This document shows positions 63,910-64,000 of a stretch of DNA of 64,000 nt, piece by piece. The position numbers and the translations under genes are program-made. This stretch comes from Octopus sinensis. Lineage: Eukaryota. The first letter of the stretch is position 1. Every line of letters begins with the position of its first letter. The notes under the pieces are model-generated. The model ran no database searches. It was given only the letters and a program-made list of their open reading frames with translations, and was not told the DNA's origin. The stretch is taken from the NCBI RefSeq assembly GCF_006345805.1, contig NC_043010.1, positions 13,020,001 to 13,084,000 of the forward strand, read 5' to 3'.

Positions 63910-64000
63910 GAATGGTTGTGAGAATAAGAACAGAATGTAGAATGTTCAGGAAGATTTTTACTTTTACTAATAACAAAGTTTCATTCTCTGAGTAAAAAGT

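Overview
Repeat-saturated, AT-rich animal genomic DNA. It is not prokaryotic: there are no operons, CRISPR arrays, rRNA genes or intact tRNA genes. The SINE repertoire and extreme microsatellite load point to a cephalopod, most likely Octopus (inference by recognition; no search was run). Most of the window is dozens of tRNA-derived SINE copies in five recurring families (my labels A-E). It also holds decayed retroelements (RTE, CR1-like, Tx1/L1-like, Penelope-like, Gypsy), one full-length dead mariner, several MITE families (TTAA/piggyBac-type, a GGATC-ended family with 8-bp target duplications, Helitron/Helentron-like), very long microsatellite mosaics and a 42-bp minisatellite. Almost all supplied ORFs are artefacts of microsatellites or SINEs. 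No host gene could be named. A few short unique islands at 52.6-58.0 kb (minus strand) look like exons of an unidentified gene. The most notable observations are: two hammerhead ribozyme motifs in a Penelope-like region; a candidate HDV-like ribozyme at an RTE 5' end; an inversion flanked by an inverted 8-bp target duplication, as expected from reversed-ends transposition; two short locally templated insertions inside SINEs; modular head/tail swapping among SINEs; and a 14 x 42-bp array capped by a perfect hairpin made from its own unit. Coordinates were read by eye, and repeat boundaries are approximate (about +/-10 bp).
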